From Lytechinus pictus (Eukaryota): a DNA stretch of 64,000 nucleotides. The notes below the pieces were generated by a model. It was not told where the DNA came from and searched no databases. It saw only the letters and a program-made list of their open reading frames with translations. Location: positions 9,984,001-10,048,000 of the forward strand of contig NC_087245.1 of the NCBI RefSeq assembly GCF_037042905.1, given 5' to 3'. Shown one piece after another: positions 52,041 to 64,000 of this stretch. Each line of letters opens with the position of its first letter. Position 1 is the stretch's first letter. The translations under genes and the position numbers were made by a program.

Positions 52041-52128
52041 TCATAGAAATTCATGGAGGCTGTGGTGCAATTTAAAATGACCATCTGGCCCCTCAAATGT
52101 CCTTTTGTTGTTGCCAACAAATACTCGG
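52041..52128 (-). CDS. Unknown gene terminal exon (RVFVGNNKRTFEGPDGHFKLHHSLHEFL*)
   Basis: Strong acceptor ctcttttgtatcttacag, phase 2, ends in TGA. Confidence 0.65.
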
Positions 52129-55100
52129 CTGTAAGATACAAAAGAGCAATTCAGAGAACCGTCCATTGCTGTTTAACTGTTAATGCATAATGACAAAAGA
52201 ATGATGAATTGAGAAATAAGAACTTCACTATATACGCTAGTAATTTCATGCAATAATATTTTTGATAATTATTTCATCATTGGATCTTCGACTGAATTAA
52301 TTTATTTATGTGGGATGATGATACATCTGAGGGTTAAAAATGGGTGAAAAGGGCACTTACACAATACAGAATTTATTCCAGAAGGTGAAATAAGAGTTAA
52401 AGGCAAAATGATTTTAGACAAGGAACGTTGGATTATCATTTCAGTTCATTTTATTTCATTTCATTCCATTTACTTCCATATAATCAGAAAGGAGAATAAA
52501 GGCGCATGCATGTATATTAAATATATAAAAAACAGTTAACATCATGATCGAGAAAAAAAATAACTGGAAAATGATGCTCTTAAAAAAAGAAGCATCTAAA
52601 ATATATATGATATGGATAAGTATAGTGTTATGTTGGGATGGGATCAGTGATTATTGATGGGAAGCGTAATGAGGAAACTTTGGAGAAAGTTATACAGTTC
52701 AAAATCACTAAGTATTTAATCATCAATATTCAGCTACAGTTCGAAGTACATGAAGATTCAGAGTATATCAGGAGACGATGAATACAAAATAATTTAAAAG
52801 TATCAGGTTGAGATTCGAAGTGCAGTTAAATTAATACTGGATGGACATCTAAGTCTTGAAGTCAGTCAGTCAGGATTAGTGTGGGTCTAGTATTTTATCG
52901 TTGGTATTCTATCTCTCCAATGATCAAGAAGTCTTATTTATATCATTAGTTTTGGGGGTGTAACAATTTAAGGTGGGATTGATCTAAACTTGATCTGATT
53001 GGTCTACAGGTAACTGTCTATCAAACTTTCTCTGGTATAAGGGGTGTGGTGATGCTCTGTGCAAGTGACTGGGGCTGGAAGTGTGAGTAATATACTTCTT
53101 CCTTGAAGTTAGCTGACGTCACTGAGGGTTGGTCTTTTTATGGTCAAGGTTTAGGAGTTACATGGTATTGGGTGTTAGGGAATTCTTAGATGACATTGGG
53201 GGAGTTTGTAAACAAGTGAAGATGAATGACTGAAAGGATAACAGGAAGTTAAATACATACTACATAACAATAGTGGAGTGAGATGATGGAGATGGGTACA
53301 TGGGAACTAACGTATATAAGATATAAAGGATTTACTATTGGGAAAAGGAGCATCGTCGTTCCTTTGAAAGAGGACACTTTCCTGTGTATATGTTTTCTAT
53401 CTCTCCTTGCTTGTTTAGAATTGGAGTGAATATTTGGCTTTGAATAAACTATCCATCTACATACAGGTACACAAACAAAATTAAATTATGTCTTTGCCTG
53501 CAAATATAATTACTTTGCCATGGTAAATATATTGAACTTGCAGTATAAATACTATCCATCTATGACATGAACATTGCACTTGAATCATGTATAAGAAAAT
53601 CAGCTATAATATAATTCGTTATCTAAGAGCAAGATATTTTATATATTCACAAAAAAAGGTAATAAATGTTTTATTTAAGTGCTCTTCTTAAATATCATTG
53701 ATTTTTTTTTCTCGAGAAATCACTTTGTAAAAGATTAAATTCTTGCATATAAAAGTGGTTTACCATAAAGGTATAAAATTGGTCACACGGTCATCCAACA
53801 TGACCTGCTTTAGGGGAGCGTTTTTTCATCAACATTTTCATCCGACAATTTGTCAGATCTGACAACTTTCCCTGATTTTGATTGGCTGAGAAGCACAATT
53901 GCCTTGATAACCGTGTCGGATAAAACAGGACTTGTCGGATAAAGTGAAGACTAGTCCTTAATTATGAAACGCTTCTAAGGTGTCCACATAATGTGGAATT
54001 ATCAGACAAAGCAATGTAGAGATAATGAACAAAATAGTTTTACAATCGAACAATAAAGTAATATTTGCGCTCCAAACTTAAAAACGGATTCCCCTTCTTC
54101 CTTCTCCGAAGTCCTTCTATCTATTCATCATTAACAAAACCTCATCTGAGATCTGACAAAACAGAACAGATTTGAATATTTTTCTGTCTATTACATAAGC
54201 CTTTTTCTATATCAAAATTTGAATCTAAAGTTCATTCAATCAAGATTTAAATTATCTTGTGCTAATTTGCTTATGCATCATATCCTCGAATTTCTTGCAT
54301 GTGATATTCAGAAACTGGGAGTGTGTGTGTGTTTGAGTTTTGTCAGACGTGTATCAATCATATATGATTACTTTCGTCTGGGACCGACCTTTAACGTCAC
54401 CATCCGAAAGACGTGACCAGTGCTCGAACCTCTGCATCAATTTGGAACTTCCCCACATAGCTTGGATTACAGGCGCACGCCACAACGCCCATCAGGAGCA
54501 CTGAAACAATGGTTATATCCTGACTGCGAATATGCATGTCGCCCTCTCCCAAAATCTAATTTTGTGGGATTTTGATCCATAATATATAATTACTCATTTT
54601 TCCACCATCTCAAAGGGGGAATTATGAACGAGTCGTTTGAAAATATGTACTATATGAAAACAATCTTTATTTTAGAAAGAAAAGATTTGGCGTATTTGGC
54701 TTCTAAGCCTAAGGGGAACGAGGGAGAGTGATAAGATGAAAGCAGACATTTTCCAGAGGGAGGTGAATGTTTACGTCCGCAGACATAACAGCGCACATTG
54801 ACGCCGAGGATGCCACCATTTTATATTATTTCAGAGTTTTTTCCTTAGAATTTTATAAAATACGCATTAAAATGCTATTTATTTAGTTTTAATAATTTAT
54901 AAAAAATAATTTAAGTTTTTATAGGTTTTTAAACGTCGATTTTGTACGTAACAAAAATATTGATAGACATTGTCATGATTAAACATTTATGATCATTAGT
55001 ATGAATTCATAAACCAATTCGGCAACACATTTACTACTTGTCTAGTGATGCGAAAATGGCGACTCGACGACTAGAATATATTTTTATAATCTTGGCCTTA

Positions 55101-58100
55101 AAAATAGACTTTTTCGGTATGTATGAAACTTTGAATTAGAGAATACCGTAGTTTGATATATTTTTGTTATATTCTTCCATCTGTAATTATATATTAAGAA
55201 AACAATACGTGTGTTAGAGCGCGATACTCTCGTGGTATTTGTTTTGTTAATGACAAGCTGACCTCCGTGTCGGTGCCATGTCTAGCCGACAGTCACGGCG
55301 GGCGCTGCTGCTTGGGTCCCGATGAAGCTCGGCCTGTCGTCGCGGCCGTAGCCGTTGGCACGGTAGGGTAGCTCGGTAGCGGCTTCAGAAGTTCAGGAGA
55401 AGAAACAAGTCAACAACAGTCAACACGATGGAGTATGATGGGGTGACCATAATTTGCGCACATTTTGAAAATTATTACGAAGTTGATTTTCAATAAAAAA
55501 TTTCTCACATTTCACACAAAATTAATCAAAATCATGATTCCAGATCGAAGCCAAGTCGATCCTAATAAGGCTAAACTTTAAGTAAAGACTAAAGTCATTT
55601 TCACTTATTTAACAGAATTATTAAGTTGACTAGGTCTAATTTGATAGATCTAGGAGGACCTAGGTCAAGGCCAGGGTTTGGCTCGTATCGCGATCTCAAA
55701 ATTCCATGGCGATCTACTAGTGCACGCTTGGCTGAAAGAGTGTCAAAAAAGTGTGACCTTAATTTGCGCACGATCGTTTTGCAAAGGCCAAAGCTTTAGT
55801 TTAGAAACGAAATCAAGCAGATAAAGGTAAGATAATATCAGGTGGAAGCTAAAATGCCATAAATTTGGTTGGTATCACATTTTACTTACTTATTTGGAGA
55901 CCTCTGCTTGCAAACTGGCGATTTCTTGATGCTTGTTGAGAAGATTGGATTGTCTTGGAGCAGACACAAAAGATAACAAAATTTGCTGATGTTTTGCCAG
56001 TATTTTTACAAATTGAGACCTTACCTTCAAGAAAATGCCTCTAAGTAATTTTTGGTCGCTTTTCTGTTGGTGATATCAGTCTTTCTAGATATTAATTAGA
56101 TATAGGGATATTAGACCAGGCCATGCGCAAAATTAGGCAACGCACAAATTAAGGTCACACCACCATACAGATCAAGACTCTGGGCAATTACGAGACTACT
56201 TTTGGAAATATATTTGGTATCTCCCTCAAAGCCAGTTAAAGGGGAATCCAGCCTTGGTCTTAAAATGCTGTTGGAATGGAAAAAAAAAGACAGAATGGTG
56301 AAAGTTTGAAAGAAATCGGACAAGCAATAAGAAAGTTATGCCTGTTTTAAGATTGAGATCCCTAAGACTATGTAGATTTCAAATTTGCAATTGGGTACCG
56401 GTAAGTAAATTATGACAAGGGGCAAGGACGACTTTCCCATAGGCCATGTACTTAATTATCAGGGATTTGTGGTTTTCTCCTTAGTACATATTCCCCTGTG
56501 GCGGTAATCTGAATATAACCCAGGGGCCGTATTCTGAAAATTGTCTTAAGAGAAATATTCTTGTATCTTAAGAGTTACAATAAAATCCGTATTCCGAAAA
56601 TTGTCTTAACTTTTCTTGTAACTTTCACTGAGCGCGTATGATGTCAGAGATATAATGATGCGTAAATATATAATCGGCGCACATTATGTCTGTGCGCAAG
56701 ATAAAATCTCGAGTTACAAGGTATTCTGAAAATTCTCTTATCTTTGCGTTCTCTTAACTTCCTTGGAAAATACAATGAAATTTACAAGAGGTGGGGGGCT
56801 ATTGTAACTTATTGTTGCATGCGATATTTGACCGTCCGCAAAAATTATTTCTTGCTGCATCCCGCAAGAACATATTTTACAAAAGGAGACATTCCAAAGA
56901 CATTATAACGACGGATTGGTAGACTTTCCAGAAATTAAAAATTGGTGTTCGAGACGATGAATCTTTCGAGAGAAAATAATCTTTGAAAAGAGCCACGTGT
57001 ATTTTTAGCACAGAAGCGCACAAGCATAAGCGTCGGAGGAGCAAGGAAATTACGCCTCATAACAACAATGCGCTTCATTATTTTTCAGAAGAGACGCTTC
57101 TATTGGTTGACCTAAGCATATAACAAGCTTAATAATTGGTTGATGACAGAATATTGGGCGTGTCAGAGATAAAATAGGGGACGCCCTTACAGAGATAAGA
57201 CAATTTTCAGAATACTAATTTAAGAGAATTTTAGCGCGCTGTTATCTTGCTGACTTACAAGAAAAGTTAAGAGAAAAGTTAAGACAATTTTCAGAATACC
57301 ACCCCAGGTAGTAGTGTTGTATGTCCTCATGAAAGAAAAATATAATTTGAAGTAAAACTTTTGAATAAAATGACATTTTAGCCATTTCATGTATTGAAGT
57401 ACATGAAAGAGTAGTCCTTGGACTCCTTGCATTATTACATCACCATGAAATCACATATGCGGCCAATTTGAAGTTATTAAAAAGTTATAAGAATTTCAAT
57501 TATTTGATTTGTGATGTCATATGTAAGCAGCATTCCTATATGCATGAAGCAAATGGTAAAAAATCAATGAAATGTCATTTTCTCAGGAAAATGAAAATGG
57601 TTTTTACATGGGTGGAAATCCCAGGGGGGAGGGACGCGTTCCCCTACCCAAAATAGTAGGGGGGGGCACAATATCAAATGTCCCCCTACTATTTTTGGTC
57701 TTTTATGATGGAAAGAAAAACATTCAAAATCGAAATAAAACATGTATTTTGGTCGAAATGACCTTACATTTGGGGTGATAACCTTTTTTTTTTTGCTTGT
57801 CAAATTATTTATTTTGGTCGAAATGACCTTACATTTGGGGTAATAACCTTTTTGCTTGTCAAATTTTCCAGCCCCTGGTCCCCCCTACCTTTGGGGAGAG
57901 ATTTCCGCCCTTGGGTTTTTATTATACCTTTTGTATATCAATAGACAAATCATTTCACCCCCGATCATGAAAAAAAAGGAAAAATATTAAAGTCATCAGG
58001 AACCATTAAAAAAAATGAAAATCATGTATTTTATATTACAACGTATGGGGCAGCTGCTCGTTTATGATGTCACAAATCCTAAATTTGAAATTCTAATAAC

Positions 58101-61100
58101 TTTCATAATCTTTAACAGATTTTCCTCAAACCTTCACATATATTCTTTTATTATTTTTTATGCCATTTTTACAACACTCTTTTCTTCAGGGTTGTGGTAT
58201 CGATCTTAAAATGAGTTCGAGCAGAATCCAATAAAATGACCTTCCAAGCGTTTGTATGTATAAATAAGAAATATTTGCCAATTGGCTCTGGTAACAAATG
58301 ATGATGATGATGCACAGCATTTGTATAGCGCCATATATCTGTCAAAGATATTCAAAGGCGCCTTTTTTGGGAGGAGCCAGCCAATCTGGGTCGTCTAGAA
58401 GGGTGCGCACACAGAACTGTGACCCGCAGGTCTCTCCTCCCGATATAACTGATTTGGGGAATGCAGGTGGACCACTACACCAGGGTTTCCCCCTACTCTT
58501 ATTCGATTAGTGCAGTGGGTTCTTAACGTGCAAAGGTGTTACTCTCCTCTACACGGGGCCTCCATTTAACGTCCTATCCGAGGGACGGAGTGTTTTCCAC
58601 TGTAACATAGCCTGCATCTATGGAACTGGGGAGAGACGTTTACACACAACGTAGGGGAGATCGGGGTTAGTTGGAACATTTTTGACAAAAATGGCTGTAA
58701 AATTCAATATATCAGCTTGAAGCATATATGATATATCTAAGGGCTTCAAATGTACCCCATAAAATTTTTTAATCTATGATGGTTACTGAAAAAAATCCAC
58801 CTTGAACAAGACCATCGCAAGCGTTCCAACTTACCCCATATACGGGGTAAGTTGGAACATGGTATGGGGTAAGTTGGAACACTGCATGGTCAATTAAGAA
58901 TTATACTAAAACTACTTACAACCGTAATGTTACATGGTTTTAGCCTATTTGCTTTATTTTTTTCAAGTTCAAAATATTAAAAGTGGATTTGTTGAAGTTT
59001 GTTTTTTCTATTATACAGCCACTCACGCAAGCCGACTGTGTAGTAGAATTCCACTTATTTGTGTGCGTTTGATTTTACATGTAATTACTATTAAAGTGTA
59101 TCAGCAATTTCATGTTCTGCATTTAATTTACATGACAAAAAGTAATTGTTATATTTTTTTAATTAATTATGCAAATAAACATGAAATTTGCCAAAAATAT
59201 TCTGAGTTTTTTTGTATGTTTTTGCCTTTAACTCTATGTATTAAGCTAGTAGAATGCTATGCTAATTTTTGGTGAGAGTATAAATTTGTACCTTTATAAC
59301 AAATGTCCACAAAAAAGTGCAAAAAGTATAATTTCTTATGTATTTTTTGTTTTTTTAATTTGTATTTCTTTGTTTTTTCGAACCCTTTGTTTTTTATTGT
59401 TTTTTTCCGATGAACTTTTTTCGGGGACTCTTTTGCGATCATAAATAGCCTATAATAAATCCATTTGAACCGACAAAAGTAAAAATAATCATACATTTGT
59501 GATTTTTGGTTGAAAAACAAAATTTGCATTGACCTTGTACATGGAATCACGTTTTTGAGCAATTTTGGGTCCGACACGCACGTACAAAATGTTGCGTAAT
59601 TTCAAAACCGCGCTTCTAGGCATTGCAAATTTGGTCTCAAAAGATGCGCAAGACTTAAAAGTAAAAAGTCAGTGAGCGGTACGGTCAAAAATATTTGTGT
59701 GACAGCGTAGTGACGAATTTGTCGAGGGGGGGCTCAAATCGATCCCCCCCAGTTTGATAAGGGTTAATATTGCATTAGGAACCTACAATAGGCCTTAAAT
59801 GCACACTCAGACCTAACTGAGAAACAAAACAAGCATGATATACAATACATATTCAGAAGAGTGTGAAATACTGTATACATTTTTTTCTCATATCCAATGT
59901 TTTTATTCATAATTATGTTTGGGGTAAGGTGGAACATGTTCCAACTAGCCCCGTCAATTTTGTTCCAACTAACCCCAGAGGCCCATTTGACATTTATAAG
60001 CTTATAGCAAAAAAAAGGGACTTCACCATGGCATATTAATAACCTTATTTTGTAGCCTGGTACAAGTGTCCATTATACCCCCAAACAGGCCAACTTGATC
60101 TATAAACTTCTCTGAGATAATACAAAATTTCTGAAAGAGAAAAAAATTACTCAGAAGGTGAAAAACAAAAATTCCTTTTCTAACTTCACCAGGCTTGTTG
60201 CACATGTGTTGTCTGTAATATGGTGGATGGCTGTTGATAATAGCAATAAATTGAGGGCAGTATTGCATAAATTTATATAAAGGGGTTAAAGGAAATTACA
60301 ATGTTTCAACTTACCCCGCGTTCCAACTAACCCCGATCTCCCGTACTGGCTTCAGTCATCCGCCTGGTGTGGACTCGAACCCACGATCTTTGGTTCGACA
60401 GGCAGACACTTACATGTAATACCGACTGAGCCAACTTCGCTCTCTATGTGTAATTGCTGAGATATGAGCAATATAAGCACGGAATTCCATAAAATGTCGG
60501 GTATTTTTCTAACCAATATGAATACACTGTCCCACTATATGCCTTGTGTTAATTATCGTTAGAATTATAGGTTTTTAGCTACGATTTCATGATTTTGCAA
60601 AGATGAGTTGATTTCATTGTACTGGATCTAGATCTATGATAATATGGTTGTAATTTACCTTGATTTTTAAGGCTTTTTCATGAAATAATTGTTTGCTGCA
60701 ATTTCTTTTACCTTTAAACATTGCTAATTCCACATGTTCAGGGCGTAATTAATTTTTGTATCACTTGACAATGAGGAGAAAATTTGAATATTTCATATAA
60801 CAAAATATAAACGAAATAGTCATCAGTCTCGTCATTTGCATACTGACCAGGATGTGCATATGTGCTAATGCTTAATGTGCTAATTTAGTGTTAATGTTAT
60901 GCTAGTTGAATTTTTCTCTTTTTATTCAAATCAACTTTTTGTCGGGTTGGACTTTTTTTTATAGATTTTCTCTTTTTCATTTTCATATATACATCATGTT
61001 ATTGTCAATGCCAGATATCATTATATTTGCTTGATGTGAAGTAAATCCATATTAAAAAGACTACATGTATTTTAATAAGAGGTAATATTTCATTTGTATT

Positions 61101-63889
61101 GTTATCATTTAGTAGTCATTTTTACAGCGGGGAATTCTTATAACCTTGTGATGGTAGCACATGTGTAATTTCCATAGAAAGAAATATATATGTCACAAGA
61201 GAGCAGTACCTTGCCAGGTCAGATATCAATTTTCCAGAAATTCCAATATTGTGCATCTATTCTAGAGACGGTTGAAAATAATAATCATACCTTAAATGTC
61301 AGACTTTGGATAATAATCTGGTATTTTCTTGTGAGAATACCCAGTTCATTTACATGTAGGTCTCGATCTATATTATACAATGTAGTTGCATAAAAGGAAT
61401 ATTTTGATTAAAATGAAATATGTGTTGTTGCATACAAAAGCTAGCCTCGGTATAACGTAAATGAGTTATGAGTTATGGCTGCCATAATTGGGGGAGGACA
61501 TAACAAGAACAAAAGCACTTTCAAAGTTTCAATAGGGCCTTCAGCACCAGCCAGAGTTTTCAAGTTAGCGCGCTATTTCTGATCCGGGAAATTATCCCGA
61601 TCTGAACAATCTCGAGATTATTTGTAATGGAGACGCAATCATCGGCATACTTCGCTAGATTAATCTCGAGATTGCAATCTCGAGTCAACTTAGGATTGTT
61701 TGCAAAATAGCGTGCTACAATGTATACAAATATCTTGCTAACCTGTGCAGACGCACTCGGGATTATTTATTCACAGCGTCACACCATAATGCACCGATGC
61801 CTCGCTCGAGCACGAATTGCCCTTGCGCTGGTGGAGATGGGGTTTCTTGAATCTTGAGAATACTCGCGAAGAGGGCTGATCGCTAGAATCTCGAGATTGA
61901 GCAAACTTGGGCTGGCGCAGCACCGCCTAATGGGTTATTCAATGAGCCAAGTGTGTTGCTAGGTCAGTGCTTTGTTAGGCTGGGGGCCTATTTGAAGCCC
62001 TCAGGTTGATGTTACTTTACCCATAAAAAGCACCCAAATCAAAACATGCAATACCATTCATTATTCAGTGTTGAAAATAACACTTGAACTTGTGACTTGC
62101 TAAAAATGTTGTCTTGGTCTTGAAATCTAAAAGAGTGGTAAATCTAAAATGATAAATCCAAGGGTAACAGGTGGCAGTCTGAGTATGAGATGAGTGATGG
62201 ATAGAGGTTGTAGTGAGACAACAGGAAGCTAATGGGGATTGGGGTGGGGTAGGGGGATCATACAGCTCAGGAAGGAGGGATCAATCAGTCACCTCCTCGT
62301 GGAGGTCAAGGGTCATTCTTCCGATTGTTTGATCAGCAATGACTTCTATACATACACAGGTTGAATGTGCCTACATGTCCACTTGCACCCCATGCTATTT
62401 GTGTTTTGTCAATTGCCATTATTATTTTATCAACAATAATTGATGGAGGAAGAGAATGCTTACTGGCTGCAAATGCCATTATGTTCCAAACTGATTCATT
62501 AAATAATAAAAAAAACGATAACATTTTCAAAATTTTGTAGGGCACTTTATATGGGTGAGATACAATAATTTGTGTTTATATTTGTCTATTGCATGTAATG
62601 GAAGTTGTTGGTCATAATTCGCTCTCTACAGTTAGAACATGAAAATTAGGATTCTATTGACAATTTTCACTTGAGGCAACTCCCATGATAACTTCTAATT
62701 TGTTTTCAATGGAATTGCTGTTTTGGTAAAGCCAAGGTTATAATGATATAGGAGGTTTCTACCAAGTAAGGTGATTTCTACAAAAATGTTTGCTGGCAAA
62801 TTTGGAGACCCGACTTAACTGTTAACAAAAGTGAGACATTCACAGAGAATTCTCTTCCACAAAAATTGCAGATTTAATAATAATGATATGTGCCCCCTGG
62901 AATAGTACAAATGTACACTTATAAATGTGTGTACATACATACACTGTAAGCCGTTTACAGTATGAAATATTGAATTAAAGTAATTAGTGTTCACACATTC
63001 AATAAATACTTTGGATATTTATAGCTAAGTTTTTTAAATATTATTCCTTCCTTTCTTTTGTTTTATGTTTGTTTAATAACAGTACATTGAATTGAAACAG
63101 TAGTCTATAAAGCATTAATATCAAGGATTTGTCTATGTTCTTCAGTTGAGATTGACATTTGACCTTTAACCTGACCTCACCTGTTATCCTTCTGTTTCAT
63201 GAAGATGGTGTTTCAATCATATTTCATAGCAGCTGTTTTTTTTTAAACTTGTGATGTTGATTCCAGAAGGAGCAGCATACATGTACATTAACAAATATTT
63301 TCAGTGAGAGTAACCAATATTCCTAGTATGATGCCAAGTCTTTATTCTTGTGTGAGTGTGAGATTAAAACAAATGTTTCTTCCAAAATTCCATATTTTTC
63401 ATCATTGTGTTTTCATTTTTGATGAATAAGCATTTATGAATGTAACACCCTATCCTATCCTCTACTGTCATAAGTGAAAAAAATGATTTTGTGTTTTGTT
63501 ATAATTCTCTTTTGAAGTCAGAAAGATGATGTTCTTACATGGAGTTCTTTGATTTTTTAATTGGTTATGGATTGCTTGTTGTCATGGAAAACAACTGATT
63601 TTTGTGTTGATTTGTGTAGATTTCAAGATTCACCTCTTCCACATCCCTGCTGGGTTTGTTTCGAGACCTGTCATCTGTTGAATGATGTTATATCCTGATT
63701 GCACAAAGGTCAAATCATGACTACTTGTTGTTCTCATGTGTTGATGCATACCTACATGTACATCTATGCACATTGGAGAATTTTATTTTTCTTCACAAGA
63801 TCAGTAATATCATTTGCATAACCAGGGAATCCACAATTTCTAAGCAATACCCAAGGAACTTCAAGCTCCTTGGCATAACTACTGTAAAC
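52041..63889 (-). CDS. 3' portion of an unidentified multi-exon protein-coding gene that continues beyond the window; exons 63823-63889, 63634-63694, 63181-63191, 62293-62345, 61210-61256, 52041-52128
   Basis: Phase-compatible AG/GT-bounded exons join into VYSSYAKELEVPWVLLRNCGFPGYNIIQQMTGLETNPAGMWKRRITEVIADQTIGRMTLDLHEEMHNIGISGKLISDLASRVFVGNNKRTFEGPDGHFKLHHSLHEFL*. I do not recognise the family. Confidence 0.65.
54321..54490 (-). mobile_element. Short SINE with 7SL/Alu-like head, B box, Deu-like core and (AC)n tail
   Basis: The minus strand reads GGGCGTTGTGGCGTGCGCCTGTAATCCAAGCTA...GGTTCGAG...CTTTCGGATGGTGACGTTAAAGGTCGGTCCC...(AC)n. Confidence 0.65.
55436..56165. mobile_element. TA-flanked TG...CA TIR element
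   Basis: tgatggggtgaccataatttgcgc pairs with gcacaaattaaggtcacaccacca; an internal motif copy lies at 55751. Confidence 0.75.
56240..57474. mobile_element. Kolobok-like element copy 2, interrupted and truncated
   Basis: Highly similar to 50236-50680 on both sides of the 56524-57304 insertion. Confidence 0.85.
56524..57304. mobile_element. Harbinger/PIF-like non-autonomous element
   Basis: TIRs gggccgtattctgaaaattgtcttaa and ttaagacaattttcagaataccaccc. The 3-bp CAG TSD is confirmed by the empty site in the paralog at ~50518. Confidence 0.9.
57607..57913. mobile_element. hAT-like MITE
   Basis: catgggtggaaatc pairs with gatttccgcccttg; perfect 8-bp TSD ggttttta. Confidence 0.85.
58298..60440 (-). 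mobile_element. tRNA-headed Deu-domain-like SINE split by a transposon insertion
   Basis: Head at 60345-60440 (TGGCTCAGTCGG and GGTTCGAGTCC on the minus strand). Core ccgtccctcggataggacgttaaatggaggcccc at ~58560-58590. Tail ggcgctatacaaatgc plus (CAT)n at ~58300-58330. Confidence 0.8.
58654..60343. mobile_element. ~1.7-kb non-autonomous DNA transposon (TA or GTA TSD, Tc1/mariner-pogo-like)
   Basis: TIR gggagatcggggttagttggaac at both ends, with multiple subterminal ggggtaagttggaaca repeats. Confidence 0.85.
61210..61256 (-). CDS. Unknown gene exon (MHNIGISGKLISDLA)
   Basis: tctctagaatag acceptor, AAG|GTACTG donor; phase 0/2 bridges its neighbours. Confidence 0.6.
61536..61928. mobile_element. 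CpG-rich repeat, probable MITE
   Basis: Imperfect TIRs (cagcaccagcc and ggctggcgcag) and repeated atctcgagatt palindromes. Confidence 0.5.
62293..62345 (-). CDS. Unknown gene exon (VIADQTIGRMTLDLHEE)
   Basis: gtatag acceptor, GAG|GTGACT donor, only one open frame. Confidence 0.65.
63634..63694 (-). CDS. Unknown gene exon (GYNIIQQMTGLETNPAGMWK)
   Basis: aatcag acceptor, AG|GTGAAT donor, open frame. Confidence 0.7.
63823..63889 (-). CDS. Unknown gene exon (VYSSYAKELEVPWVLLRNCGFP)
   Basis: tctttctag acceptor, weaker G|GTTATG donor, in phase with the next exon. Confidence 0.6.
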
Positions 63890-64000
63890 CTAGAAAGATT
63901 TTTTGAAGGCCTATGTATATACGTGTAGGGCCTACAGTTCTGACAAAAACAATTTTTAACAAATTCTTTATTACATAATTTACCGGCAAACATTTTTTTT

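Noticed and set aside
51746..52141. Poly-His and Asp-rich ORFs
   Set aside because: Trinucleotide repeat. The likely real exon here (52041-52128) uses a different frame.
60345..60440. tRNA-like A/B box sequences here and at 28860-28932
   Set aside because: No intact cloverleaf; both continue into SINE cores, so they are SINE heads, not tRNA genes.
1..64000. Prokaryote-type systems (CRISPR arrays, operons, defence islands) or an autonomous transposase/RT
   Set aside because: The sequence is intron-rich eukaryotic DNA. I found no regular repeat-spacer array and no long transposase or reverse-transcriptase ORF.

Overview
AT-rich, repeat-dense eukaryotic DNA, probably from an invertebrate deuterostome. 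The SINE and MITE repertoire looks sea-urchin-like, which is an inference. The window holds (1) a complete 8-coding-exon nuclear hormone receptor gene on the + strand. Its CDS is join 4777-4903, 24794-24885, 39644-39788, 40236-41497, 42949-43104, 43478-43607, 44359-44469, 44948-45141 (2217 nt, 738 aa). It belongs to the NR1 group and is closest to Rev-erb/E75 (NR1D), with no helix 12. It also holds (2) the 3' part of a convergent multi-exon gene on the - strand (exons between 63889 and 52041) that I cannot name, and (3) many MITEs, nested DNA transposons, SINEs, microsatellites and a ~670-bp tandem duplication. Main points of interest: Tyr at the Rev-erb/E75 heme-ligating His position; a PLDLS (CtBP) motif and a CoRNR-like motif in the receptor; up to four decayed tandem copies of the second zinc-finger exon just upstream of the real one; a triple RORE cluster in an intron; a SINE with a 7SL/Alu-like head and a Deu-like core; and a predicted 11-nt micro-exon in the second gene. 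Exon models were built by hand from GT-AG sites and reading-frame phase. Family comparisons are from memory; no database search was run.
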